Source: Eledone cirrhosa (lineage: Eukaryota). From it: DNA of 64,000 nucleotides. A program made the translations under genes and the position numbers. Under the pieces are notes generated by a model. The model ran no database searches. It was not told the DNA's origin and saw nothing but the letters and a program-made list of their open reading frames with translations. Below are positions 13,712-26,630 of this stretch, piece by piece (position 1 is the stretch's first letter; every line of letters begins with the position of its first letter). Location: contig OZ024751.1 in assembly GCA_964016885.1 (NCBI GenBank), forward strand, positions 29,884,001 through 29,948,000, read 5' to 3'.

Positions 13712-13952
13712 GTTGATATTAAGTATGGTGTGCTAATGTGTGGATATGCTTTAAAACAGATTATAAAAAGAGGGTGAAGACCCTTAAAGATAGAATAAGA
13801 AGTTGCCATTGACCTGTATGAGGAAGTGAACCCCATATCTCTGAGATAAACAGCAAATGGCAACTTCTTTTTCCATCTTTAAAGGCCTTCACCCTAGTTT
13901 ATAAGCTATGTTATAACATCTCTGCATATAAGCACACAATTCTTTATATTAA
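13712..13952. mobile_element. Old imperfect fold-back element (about 100-bp arms)
   Basis: AGGGTGAAGACCCTTAAAGATAGAATAAGAAGTTGCCATT pairs with AATGGCAACTTCTTTTTCCATCTTTAAAGGCCTTCACCCT. Confidence 0.75.
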
Positions 13953-14546
13953 ATATATACTTATACCTAATAGGAAATAGTAGTGGGAAATATTTAAGGG
14001 CAGTGGAAGATTGAGAGAAGTAAAGCAACAAGAAGCTTATACCCCAACGCTGGATTGTAGAATGTTTAACGATGGTGTGGTGTTAAGGGAAGGGAACAAC
14101 AATTACAACTATATATCAAACTCAATAGTTGAGGAGGTGGAGGAGAATTTTAAAGGATAGTGATGGTAGTGGTGTTGGTGGTGATGGTCGTAGTGGTTGG
14201 GGGAAAAACAACAACAACAACTATATATATCTAACCCAATAGGTGATGAGGTGGAGGAAAATATTTAATGGTGGTGGTGGTGGTGGTGGTGGTGGTGGTG
14301 GCAGAGGAAAAACATCAGCAATAACAACAGCAACATTTTGAATTCTGTGTTTTTATCTGTATAGTTGCAGTCAACTGTGCAAACATTCACATTGTACCCT
14401 CTTCTCTCTCTCCCCACCCCCTTTCTTTCTCTCCTCTTTCTCTCTCTCTCTCCTCTCCTTTCTTTTTCTTTCTCTTCTCTTTCTCTCCCTACCTCCTTTC
14501 TTTCTCTCCTCTCTCTCAATGTCTCTCCTCTGCCCTTGCTCTCCTT

Positions 14547-14583
<37 letters not shown>

Positions 14584-14956
14584 TTCTCTACCTCATGTCA
14601 CTCTCCTCCCTCTCTTGCCTCACCCACACTCCCTTATCTCCCCTCTCCCCTCCTCTCACCCCCCTCCTCTCATCTCCCCTCTCCACTGCCCCTCTCTTAT
14701 CTCACATTAAGTAGTGAAATTACTATGTTTATAATACATATCTCTGTAATTTAGAGAAGGATAGAAGCAAGGATAAAGAAAAAAACAAAGATTTATGAAG
14801 GATTCAGTGAAAAGAGAGAAAGGAGAAATAACAAGAGAGATTTTTTTTACATATTTCTACATAGTATTATATGTATATTATATATACATATATATATAAT
14901 ACATATATTATATATTTATATAAATATATATTTATATAAATATATATATATATATT

Positions 14957-15006
<50 letters not shown>

Positions 15007-15138
15007 CAAGCAGGGAAAAGTGGACGTAAAATGATGATATATATATTACACACATATATTTATATATATAAATAAAAAATATAAATATATATATAATATA
15101 TATTATATTATATATATGTGTGTATATATATCTATCTG

Positions 15139-15244
<106 letters not shown>

Positions 15245-15593
15245 CACACACTCATGTTCTCTTTTTCTCTTTACTCTTTTTCCTGTTTCTATCAGTCAGT
15301 ATCTCTCTATATCATACATGAACACACACACACACACACCAACACATATATATATGCACACATATCCACACACACACATACATACACAAACAAACAGATA
15401 ACATTCAACATATAGTATTGATTAAAATACATAAACACACAAATAGATCTATTTCCAATTGGGATTAGAAAGGTATTTAGGTTAAAGAGATAGTGCCAGG
15501 CCTATTTCCTGTCTGACTTTTTCAAGAGTCCATTCCATGATTCTATGAAAACATCTTTTCTCAAACTGTTTAATAAAGAAGAACATAATTCAA

Positions 15594-15634
<41 letters not shown>

Positions 15635-15653
15635 ATATACACATATATATATT

Positions 15654-15690
<37 letters not shown>

Positions 15691-15773
15691 GTGTGTGTAT
15701 ATATATATATACTCAACTCTCAATAAATATGTATAATATATGTGTGCGTGTATGTGTCTGTATATAAAAGTGT

Positions 15774-15824
<51 letters not shown>

Positions 15825-15829
15825 TTCTT

Positions 15830-16050
15830 CATTGGGTGAAGGAATGTCAAGAGTAATGGTTGGAAGGAAGATATGGTAGAGTAAAACCAAGAAAGATATG
15901 GGCAGAAGTGGTGAAAGCTGATCTTGAAATGCTGAACCTCACAAAGGAGATAATAATGAAGAGATACTAGGAGACAAAGGTTGTACTGGAGAGGACTCGT
16001 CTAAGTCAAGAAAGAATGGAATATAGAACATAAAATGATGATGATGAGGA
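15830..16050 (+). mobile_element. RTE-clade LINE 3' end (decayed)
   Basis: Translates HWVKECQE*WLEGRYGRVKPRKIWAEVVKADLEMLNLTKE (RTE C-terminal GRGRPRKTW-like motif) and ends in (ATG)n. Confidence 0.8.
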
Positions 16051-16190
16051 TGATTTTATGCAATGTTTCAGCACAAACTTCTTGGTGCTTGAACCATTGG
16101 TATAGCTCACAGGTATAATGAAATATGTATCACTGTACTTATGTATTGAGTATTGTTTCTCCTATTTGTACTGCCAAACCTACATACATG

Positions 16191-16259
<69 letters not shown>

Positions 16260-16267
<8 letters not shown>

Positions 16268-16535
16268 ATGCTTTGGGAGAGTCATGTTGCCAATAAGAAA
16301 CACATGCACCAGTTGCTTTCACTCCAATTTATTATAAATTAAATTTATAAATTTCCGGTTGGTTCGGAAATTTATAAATTCTTAAATTTATAAATTTAAT
16401 TTATAATAAATTGGAGTGAAAGCAACTGGTGCATGTGTTTCTTATTGGCAACATGACCCTCCCAAAGCATAACAATATCGGTTTCAACACACGTTTTCAG
16501 ATAAAGAATCTTGCTAAACAAATTCAGAAACGAAA
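16260..16535. mobile_element. TA-flanked palindromic element (arms 16260-16478); an unpaired homolog lies at 43815-43960
   Basis: Near-perfect inverted arms of about 95 bp. The right arm and extension GGAGTGAAAGCAACTGGTGCATGTG...CCCAAAGCATAACAATATC recur at about 43.8 kb. Confidence 0.8.
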
Positions 16536-16555
16536 TATATATATATATACATATA

Positions 16556-16753
16556 ATGTATAATAAACAATACAATATAATTACCTCATTACCAGAGGTT
16601 TCCCGAATAAGATGAATACGAAAAACATCCTCATTCGTTCGTCGGACAAGGCAATTTCCTTGTCCGACGAACCAATGAGGACGTTTTTCATATTCGTCTT
16701 ATTCGGGAAACCTCTGGTAATGAGGTAATTATATTGTATTGTTTATTATACAT
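16556..16753. mobile_element. Palindromic element carrying an inverted pair of hammerhead-like motifs (+16664-16727, -16582-16645)
   Basis: CCGACGA-[long stem II]-GAAA-CCTC tggtaat GAGG-TA gives a perfect stem III, a GUA triplet and a U4C core. Stem I is weak. Confidence 0.6.
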
Positions 16754-16801
16754 ATCTTCACTCCTATGACTTTTTCAATTTTCAACGGAAACTTCAATAC
16801 T

Positions 16802-16864
<63 letters not shown>

Positions 16865-17051
16865 CATGCCGATATATGTTTGTGTTTATATATATGTACA
16901 TATATTACATGCCAATATATTGAATATACTAATAAATGGTCCTTCTTAAATTTTGTCATATACCACATACCAATGTATAACCAATATTACATATTGAGAG
17001 ATACAACATATGAATTAATAACCATACAGCTCCTTACAGACAAACTCTCTC

Positions 17052-17115
<64 letters not shown>

Positions 17116-17116
17116 C

Positions 17117-17149
<33 letters not shown>

Positions 17150-17196
17150 GTAATAATAATAAATTTGAAGACTAAAATCCAAAGAGGGCTCAGAGC

Positions 17197-17469
17197 AGTG
17201 ATGTGTTGTTTCCTTGAGCAAGACACTTTATTTCACATTGCTCCAGTTTACTCAGCTGTAGAAATGAGATGATAGGACTAGGGTCCCTATCATTCCACTG
17301 TAAAGTGGTCGTGGAGGTGCCACGGAAAAAAAGCACCCAGCACTCACTGTAAATGAGGTTGGTGTTAGGAAGGGCATCCAGCTGTAGAAGTCAAGCCAGA
17401 ATCAGTTCCTGTCCCACCCTTGCAAGCAGGGAAAAGCGGACGTAAAATGATGATGATGATGAAATGATG

Positions 17470-17470
<1 letters not shown>
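17197..17470 (+). mobile_element. 5'-truncated SINE family B
   Basis: Near-identical to 35430-35699. Ends CCCTTGCAAGCAGGGAAAAGCGGACGTAAAATGATGATG. Confidence 0.9.
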
Positions 17471-17510
<40 letters not shown>

Positions 17511-18326
17511 CACACATATATATGCATATGTATAATCATTAGCAGACAATTATGTGTATGCATATATGTATATTTATATGTATATATATATATATATATA
17601 CACAAACATTCATATATTATATGTGTATGTATATATGGCCTCATTTACAGCCGATATATATGTGTGTGTGGTTACATATATATGTATATATATATATACA
17701 TATATACATATATATATATTATATACACAAGCATACATATATATATATTATATGTGTATGTGTATATATATGGCCTCATTTACAGCCAATATATATATGT
17801 GTGTGTGGTTGTATATATATATGTATATGTGTGTGTGGTTGTATATATATATATGTATGTATATGTGTGTGTGGTTGTATATATGTATATGTGTGTGTGG
17901 TTGTATATATATATATGTATATGTGTGTGTGTGGTATATATATATATGTATATGTGTGTGTGGTTGTATAGATATGTATATGTGTGAGTGTGTGTGTGAT
18001 TTAATATTATTACCTCTGTGACATTGCATAATGATAGATGTAAGATAGAAATTAATTACAAATATTACATTCTGACACATACAATATAAATAATATCTAA
18101 CTGACCATTGTATACTAATGGATATAACACTCATATTATTGCTATTGATAGATATCACATAGTCATGTTGTTATTGGTATTGATAGATATAACATGGGAA
18201 TAAATGACCAATCTCTCCATGTTAATAGCGACAATATATTAATAAATAGATTTTAAATCATGAAGTATAGATTTTCACATTGATATTGTAAAGGCATATA
18301 TGTAGCTTAGTGGTTAAGACACTTAA

Positions 18327-18739
18327 CCCTTTAGTATTTACATTACTCTATATTTACTATTATATTTTCATGGTAAAGCATTTACCTCGTGTTATTATCC
18401 CACATAATATCAAAACTGAGATTTTGATATTATTTTTGTTAAGAATAATACCTTAACATCAGTATGAGCAGCCGGCTACAGCTGATTTGAAAGGAGAGAG
18501 GTGAGAGAATTCTGCCTGGATAAGGCCACTTTAAAAACTAATGCCATATCCAGCCAGAATTCTCTCTTTCTGTTCAAACCAGCTGTAACTGGCCACTCTT
18601 ACTAATGTTAAGGTATTGTTATCAAAATAAATAATATCAAAATCTCGTAGATTCGATATTATGTGCGATAATCATGTGAGGTAAAGCCTTTACCATGAAA
18701 ATTCAATAGTAAATATAGAATAATTTAAATGATAAAGTG
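18327..18739. mobile_element. piggyBac-type fold-back MITE with TTAA target duplication
   Basis: TTAA|CCCTTTAGTATTTA ... TAAATGATAAAGTG|TTAA. The arms are inverted over almost the whole 410 bp. Confidence 0.8.
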
Positions 18740-19373
18740 TTAATAATGAGAAAGTTAGTTATATTATTACTAAATCCCTTCAAATTCTTGGTTATTTTCA
18801 AAATTACATTGAAATCAGAGGCAGTATCTTTCAATAGAAATATGGTAACAAAAAGGTAAATGTGTTTATCTAAAATCCGTTTCATATAATTTTAGGTAAA
18901 AAATTTTGTTCAGTGTAATAATGAGAAATTTAGTTATATTATCACTAAATCCCTTCAAATTTTTTATTATTTCCAAAATTATTTTAAAAACAGTGGCAGA
19001 GTCTTTCATTAGAAAGATGGTAACGAAAGAGTTAAAAAAGATGTTTTCGAACATAAACCACACAAGCCATTTACAGCTATGTGTGAAGTCTTTACTCCAA
19101 TATATTTTGTCACTGTGTTATAACAAATGGCGTTCACTGCGTAATATTTTCCATAAATAAATAACTCAGTAAGATAGACAAGTAACAGTATCTGTGACAT
19201 ACATGTCATGCTGTGTGATCCGGTAGAGCATCACGTGAACCTAATAGCTTGAACATTTTTATTATTGCTTCATATTGTAATATGAAGATCCTATATCAAT
19301 TTTCTTTTGTCAGGAATAATTCTTTTCATATTCATGCGTGGATACTTTACTTTCACTTTCATACATTTACATA

Positions 19374-19430
<57 letters not shown>

Positions 19431-19589
19431 ATTTATTTATTTCTATCTCTCTTTCTATATATATGTGTGTGTGTATATCTATATATGTATGTGTGTGTGT
19501 ATGTATTTATGTATATATATATATATTTATATATATATATATACGTATGTGTATGTATATATACATATGTGTGTGCATGCATATATGTG

Positions 19590-19647
<58 letters not shown>

Positions 19648-20637
19648 GTGTGTCTGTTTTGTAGCTGTGGTTTGTCTGTATGTGTGAACTGGGTGGATGG
19701 GTGTATGTATATATGGGTGCGTCATATATGTGTGTATGTATATATATAAACATATATATATGTATATGTGTGTCTACATGTATGTGAGTACTTAGCTATG
19801 TATATATTTATGTCTGAACACACAACCACACACACACACATATATATATATATAACATACTATAAATGCGCACATATATATATAGCATGCTATAAACACA
19901 CACATATATATATATAACATACTATAAACAAACACACACACACACACATATATATATAAACAAATGCACACACATACTCACACTTTAAAGTTATTACTCG
20001 GAAAAGAGAGAGAGAGAGAGAGAAGTGGGGGGGGGTAGAAGGAGGTGGGTACCCCCTTCTCACCCACCCCTTAAACCACCATTCCTATCATTCCCACCAC
20101 TGCAATATCCCATATCTATTTCTAATTTACATATAACTTGTTTAGAAATGTTTAGAAATAAGGGAATTATTCTACTTGCATTCTTCATCTGCCATTTTCT
20201 GTAAACAATAAAATAGTTTTTATGAAGTCCAGCTAAAAACAATAAAAAAACAACAACAGCAAGTACAACAAAAACAACAAGTACAACAAAAACAACAAGT
20301 ACAACAATAAAAGCAAGTACAACAGCAAAAGTAACAAGAAATACAACAAAAGTAACAACAACACCTCTTTCAAACAAATCAATAATTATACAAACCATAG
20401 TTTTAAGTTGGTTACCAACATGAATGAACTTTAGGATGCAACATTTCATGATATTATTGGTTTATATGGTCTAATTTACTCCCACCCCTCCCTACACATC
20501 CACCTCCTCCTTTTTCTTTTTCTTCTCCTATCTTCTTCTTCGTTGTCTTTCCATGTATTTCCATCTATGTATTTCCATCAATCTCTAGCTATCTATATCT
20601 CTATCTATTTATCTCCATCTCTCTCTAAATATAGTTT

Positions 20638-20688
<51 letters not shown>

Positions 20689-20722
20689 GTATCTATTTAT
20701 CTCTATCTCTCTCTAAATATCG

Positions 20723-20767
<45 letters not shown>

Positions 20768-20986
20768 ATTCTCTATCTCCCTCTCTCTCTCTATATATAT
20801 ATCTATTTCTATCTCTCTATCTCTATTTCTCTGTATTTATCTTCATTTCTCTCTCTCTCTCTCCCTCTCTCTCTCTTTCTCCCTCGATCTATGTCTGTCT
20901 CATTTCTATCTTTCTATCCCCATTTCTAACTCTATTTTTATCTATCTATCAATTGGTTTATATATATATATAATATATATATCTAT

Positions 20987-21142
20987 CTAAGGCGGGTAAA
21001 ATTCCCGAGATCCATGGACGAGTTCTCTCCAGCGGTCTCTGTCCCTCATTATCGCTGCCATATCCTGCATCTCCAACAGACCAGTGTCTGTCCTTAGGGC
21101 ATCAACATATGTTAACCTTGGTCTTCCTCTTCTAGTGTGTCC
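20987..21142 (-). mobile_element. RTE-clade LINE C-terminal fragment (open frame)
   Basis: Translates GHTRRGRPRLTYVDALRTDTGLLEMQDMAAIMRDRDRWRELVHGSREFYPP*. Confidence 0.85.
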
Positions 21143-21292
21143 ATATATATTACATGGACACACAATATATATATATAATATATATATATATAATATATAT
21201 ATATATAATATATATATCCATCATCCATCCATGATATGAGGGAATAGGATGAGAAATAGATAGAGCTCTAGTCAGTCAGTCAGTGAAGTGAT

Positions 21293-21548
21293 ATTGTATG
21301 TTGTATGTTGTATGTTGTATATTGTATGTTGTATGTTGTATGTTGAATGTTGTATGTTGTATGTTGTATATTGTATGTTGTATGTTGTATGTTGTATATT
21401 GTATGTTGTATGTTGTATATTGTATGTTGTATGTTGTATGTTGTATGTTGTATGTTGAATGTTGTATGTTGTATGTTGTATATTGTATGTTGTATGTTGT
21501 ATGTTGTATATTGTATGTTGTATATTGTATGTTGTATGTTGAATGTTC
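21293..21548. repeat. 7-bp satellite (TTGTATG)n
   Basis: Direct inspection. Confidence 0.95.
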
Positions 21549-21972
21549 AATATAGAAGAATGTGTGAAGAAACTAACAAGAAATAAGTAATAATTCAAAG
21601 AAAAGACTTTGGTACTTTTCTACTGTGGAAGGATTGTTAGCTGGCTGGATTGGTGGTTGTTTGGTTTACTTACTCGCTAGCTGGATGGAAGGCATGTATT
21701 GGTGGTTGTTTGGTTTACTTACTTGCTTGTTAGGTGGTTAGATGGAAGGTTGGAAGGTCTGGATTGGTGGTTGGTTAGTTTGCTTGCTGGTTAGCTGGCT
21801 GACTTGGGTTGGTGACTGGTGGGGTTGCTTGGTAGCTAGGTGGTTGGATGGATGATATGAATAGATGAATGATTGGTTGATTTGTTAGCTAGCTGGGTGT
21901 TTGGATAGTTGGAGGGATATATCACACACACATATATATATATGAGCTTGTGGTCTTGATTTTCTTAACTAC

Positions 21973-22040
<68 letters not shown>

Positions 22041-22107
22041 GTCTAACCCATGCTAGCGTAGAAGATGGACGTTAAACGATGATGATGATGATATATATAT
22101 ATATAAT

Positions 22108-22299
22108 AGGGTGGTGGATTGGCAGTATTGGTAGAGCATCGGACGCCATGCTTTGCAGCACAGAGTTACGGCCCTTTATGGTCTGAGTTCAAATCCCACC
22201 GAGGTTAGCTTTGCCTTTTATCCTTACGGGGTCGATAAAATAAAGCACCAGTAATACACTGGGATAATTGCTGGCCTTATGCCAAAAGTAGAAACAATT
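22108..22299 (+). mobile_element. Full-length SINE family A
   Basis: AGGGTGGTGGATTGGCAGTATTGGTAGAGC head, B box, core and tail. Confidence 0.92.
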
Positions 22300-22622
22300 A
22301 TATATATATGAATATATATATCTTTTCACAGTATAAAATGTAAAGTGTATATTGTGTGTTTGTGTGTATTTTTTTAGTAGCTAAAATTACTCTTCCACAT
22401 TGTAATTGCTTTAGTTTCAACACACAGTCTCTGATCTAGTCACTTGCCAAACATGTATAACTTCAAAATTCTGTGTATATTTGTGCTAATTGCTTATATA
22501 TAGACTTCATTTCTTGCCAAAAATGTCTTGGAAAGATTTTGGCTAGAATTTAGCTGAGGTGTTTCGTAAAATGTTCCAAAGAAAAAGGTTTATTTCTACT
22601 GAAATAATGTAAAGCTGACCTC

Positions 22623-22775
22623 ATGTAAATGTTGGTCCCCTGTAATAGATAACCCATGTAAAAGTTGGTCCCCTGTAATAGATAACCCATGTAAATGTTG
22701 GTCCCCTGTAATAGATAACCCATGTAAAAGTTGGTTATCATGTAAATGTTGGTCCCATGTAAAAATTGGTCCCAT
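22623..22775. repeat. 33-bp minisatellite (about 3 full copies plus partials)
   Basis: CATGTAAATGTTGGTCCCCTGTAATAGATAACC repeated. Confidence 0.85.
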
Positions 22776-22793
22776 ATAGCAGCTGATGGACCC

Positions 22794-23046
22794 TTTATTT
22801 TATCGACCCCGTAAGGATGAAAGGCAAAGTTAACCTCGGCGGGATTTGAACTCAGAATGGCAAGGGCCGTAACTCTATGCATCAAAGCATGGCATCCGAC
22901 CCTCTACCGATACTGCCAATCCATTAAAGGGTCGTAACTCTATGCATCAAAGCATGGCCTCCGACCCTCTACCAATACTGCCAATCCATAAAAGGGCCGT
23001 AACTCTTTGCTGCAAAGCATGGCGTCCAACCCTCTACAATCCACCA
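22794..23046 (-). mobile_element. SINE family A with triplicated 5' head (about 65-bp unit) and missing tail
   Basis: GGGCCGTAACTCT...CCCTCTACCGATACTGCCAATCCA occurs three times next to the B box and core. Confidence 0.85.
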
Positions 23047-23511
23047 ATAATGATAGAATAACAACATAAGGCATTATAGTGAATTCTACGTAGCAATTTG
23101 AGATAATTAGTTAACTCTGTATTCATCTGTTTAAATTATTATATTAGTAAAAATATCAAGATGAGTTATGGCTGTAGTCCGATTTCATGTTTCAAAAATC
23201 TTGTGCATATATTAGCATCTTTGGTGATCGCTCAGTGAAGCAAGCTATGGAAGATGGAAGGTTACTGAGAGCAGTAAGTAGAGGGTGGGTCGGGATTTGG
23301 TAGTAGGGTGTGAGGGTGGGGCTTTAGATGTGGAATTAAAGGTTATTGAGGACAAGATATTATATGAAGGAAAAAGGAGAAATCTTCATGCAGTTCTGCT
23401 TCCCTTAATTAAATGTGTGTCTGACTGTATGTGAGTATGTCATATATATATATATATGCATGTGTGTGTATGTATGTATGTGTACATATATATACATACA
23501 TACATGGTATG

Positions 23512-23570
<59 letters not shown>

Positions 23571-23634
23571 ATATATATAGACTTCAATTGCATGTATATT
23601 AGTGTGTATGTGTGTGTGTGTGTGTATATATATA

Positions 23635-23696
<62 letters not shown>

Positions 23697-24217
23697 TATA
23701 TATATAAATCTGTAGATTTCAATCGTATGTATATTTGATTGCCTGACTATGTATGTGTTTGTGTGTGTGTGTGTGGTGTGTGTGCGTATATGTATGTATG
23801 GGAAGATATATCTCTAGATTTCTTTGTAAGTATGGCTTTCTGTGTATGTGTCATTGTGTGAGACTGTGTATCACAATATGTGTGTGTAAGAGTGTATGTG
23901 ACTTTGCATGTGAGTTTTGTGTGTGTGTGAGAAAGAGAATGTATGTGCGTGTGTTTGTTTGACTGTGTGTGTGCAATAGTGTATGCGTGTCTGTGTCTGT
24001 GTGTGTCTGTCTGTGTGTGTGTCTATGTGAGTGTGTGGACTTGCAAGGAGTTTAGCTTATATTCCATCTAAACCTGGTTCAGCTGAGTTATACTTAGCTC
24101 TGGAAAAAATATATATCTTCTTTACTGTAATTAAATTTACTTGAACGATACAGAAAAAAATAATAATAGACATATATTGCTTAAAATAAATGTGTGTGTG
24201 TGTGTATATATATATAT

Positions 24218-24250
<33 letters not shown>

Positions 24251-24390
24251 ATTCCTTTGTTATATATATATATATATAAATATATACACACACATATATG
24301 TGTGTGTGTATGTGCATGTATATATATATATATATACATGCATATACACACATATATGTGTGTGTATATATTTATATATATATATATATA

Positions 24391-24586
24391 CGTTATTCCG
24401 GGTTGAATCGGAGGTAACCACAGTAAGTAAGGTACTCAATACATAGCAGAGTATAAAAGTTTTAATATAGATGAGATTCTACAGGACTAGAACTGTTTCA
24501 TTCATTAGAAATCATCAGGAATCAGGAGATTCCTGATGATTTCTAATGAATGAAACAGTTCTAGTCCTGTAGAATCTCATCTATAT
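24391..24586. mobile_element. TA-flanked Penelope-like terminal remnant with an inverted pair of hammerhead ribozymes
   Basis: Perfect palindrome arms 24465-24586. The extension carries GTATTGAGT on the minus strand (24434-24442). Confidence 0.7.
24526..24578 (+). ncRNA. Type-I hammerhead ribozyme (mirror copy on the minus strand, 24473-24523)
   Basis: GAGATTC-CTGATGA-t TTC taat GAA t-GAAA-CAG ttctagtc CTG-TA-GAATCTC: 7-bp stem I, canonical core, stem III and a GUA cleavage triplet. Confidence 0.8.
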
Positions 24587-24668
24587 ATATATATATATAA
24601 CCCATGCTAGCGTGGAAGAACGGACGTAAAACGGTGATGATGATGATGATATATATATATATAAAACA

Positions 24669-24858
24669 AAGGAATTGTGGTAAGGAACCAGATGGACCAT
24701 AACGCACCAGAGGACTCAATACTTAGGGTAGTAGAGTGGGAAATACGAAAAAGTATGACCCCGACGGCAGAGCTCAAGCCGTTTCGACAGCTATTTCTGG
24801 TCCAGAAATAGCCGTCGAAACGGCTTGAGCTCTGCCGTCGGGATCATACTTTTTCCTA
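24669..24858. mobile_element. TA-flanked fold-back element with the 3' half of a hammerhead (copy 1)
   Basis: Palindrome centred at about 24801. GAAA-CGGC ttgagctct GCCG-TC (stem III plus GUC) is present on both strands; no CTGANGA. Confidence 0.65.
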
Positions 24859-24878
24859 TATATATATATATATATATA

Positions 24879-25008
24879 TCATCATCATACGTCTGCTTTT
24901 CCTTGCTTGCAAGAGTGGGACGGTTCCTTTTCAGCACAGCATCTCTCCATTTGTCACGGTCCTTCATCATCTCGTCTGAGGTCAGCTCTCACCACCTCTG
25001 CCCATCTT
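24879..25008 (-). mobile_element. RTE LINE 3' end fragment
   Basis: Reverse complement of the 53449-53548 tail (KDRDKWRDAVL...). Confidence 0.8.
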
Positions 25009-25020
25009 TATATATATAAC

Positions 25021-25202
25021 GAAGGAATTGTGGTAAGGAACCAGATGGACCATAACGCACCAAAGTACTCAATACTTAGGGTAGTAGAGTGGGTAATAGG
25101 AACAAGTATGACCCCGACGGCAGAGCTCAAGCCGTTTCGATGGCTATTTCTGGACTAAGAAATAGCTGTCGAAATAGCTTGAGCTCTGCCGTCATACTTG
25201 TT

Positions 25203-25207
<5 letters not shown>
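25021..25207. mobile_element. TA-flanked fold-back element (copy 2 of 24669-24858)
   Basis: Nearly identical long arm; the hairpin centre is in the opposite orientation. Confidence 0.7.
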
Positions 25208-25255
<48 letters not shown>

Positions 25256-25534
25256 GTATACATAGATAAAAGCCTAAATCCCTACTTTCAGTCATGAATA
25301 ACCAATCACCTCGAAAATTCCCCTCCAAGGCTCAAAGCCAGGCAAGCTGGTTTTGTGGTAGACCAGTTGTCACTCATGCATACCAGTCATCCTTCTCCAT
25401 GCCACTGATGTTGTCCAAGGCAAAGGCTAATACACCAGTGATGTCTCAATTCATTTCTACAGCAGAGGAAACTGGAGCAACAATAAATAAAGTGTCTTGC
25501 TCAAGGACACAACAAATCCCCTGGTTTGTTGTGA

Positions 25535-26630
25535 AAATTTGCAGTATTAAAGTAAAGATTTTAAATTTTAATGTGATGTAGTCATATTACTGTTTTCTAC
25601 TTTTCAAGAATGTCTTGCTAATATGGTTTTATGTGGTTTGTTAATTCAAATACTAGTGAACCATTGTAAAACCTTGCACTAATAGCTTCTTCTTCTTCTT
25701 TCTTTCATTAGTCCCATAACTCCCAAGGGAGTCGTAGGAACAATTTTAAGCCTAGTGGAGCCCATCTCCTCTCCTGGTCTAAGTACAGCAGATTTCTTCC
25801 AGAGAGAATGGAAGTGAGAAAGAAATATAGACGAAGAATCGACCCCAGTATTAGACTGGTACTTTTGAAAGAATGAAATGTAAAGTAGATTAGGGACTTC
25901 AAATTTTAATAGGAAATAATTATAACTCCGTTTTATATTTTTCAAGAATTTCTTGTTAATGTAGTTCCATGTGGTTTGTTAATTCAAATGTTTATAGTAT
26001 TATTACTGGTTAACAGATTATTGTGAACATTTGTAGTATTAGATTAAGGACTTCAAATTTTAATGTGATATAATTTTAGAGCTGTTTTATACTTTTGAAG
26101 AAGGTCTTATTTTATATTTTTCAAGAATGTCTTGCTAATGTAGTTTATTGTGGTTTGTTAATTCAAATGTTTATAGTATTATTACTGGTTAACAGATTAT
26201 TGTGAACATTTGTAGTATTAGATTAAGGACTTCAAATTTTAATGTGATATAATTTTAGAGCTGTTTTATACTTTTGAAGAAGGTCTTATTTTATATTTTT
26301 CAAGAATGTCTTGCTAATGTAGTTTATTGTGGTTTGTTAATTCAAATGTTTATAGTATCTTTACTTGTGAACAGTCTATTATGAAAAATTACAGTATTAG
26401 ATTAAGGACTTCAAATTTTAATGTGATATAATCCTAGAGTTGTTTTATACTTTTCAAGAAGGTCTTGCTAATGTAGTTTCACATAGTTTGTTAACTCAAA
26501 TGTTTATAGTATTATTACTTTTAAAAATGTTCAGTATTAGATTATGGACTTCAAAATTTAATATGATATAACCATAATTTTATTTTATATTATTCAAGAA
26601 TGTCTTACTAATGTGTTTTCATGTGGTGAA
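25535..26630. repeat. Diverged AT-rich tandem repeat, 150-180-bp unit (about 6 copies)
   Basis: TTTTCAAGAATGTCTTGCTAATGTAG...GGACTTCAAATTTTAATGTGAT repeated, with a 179-bp period at 26112/26291. Confidence 0.85.
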
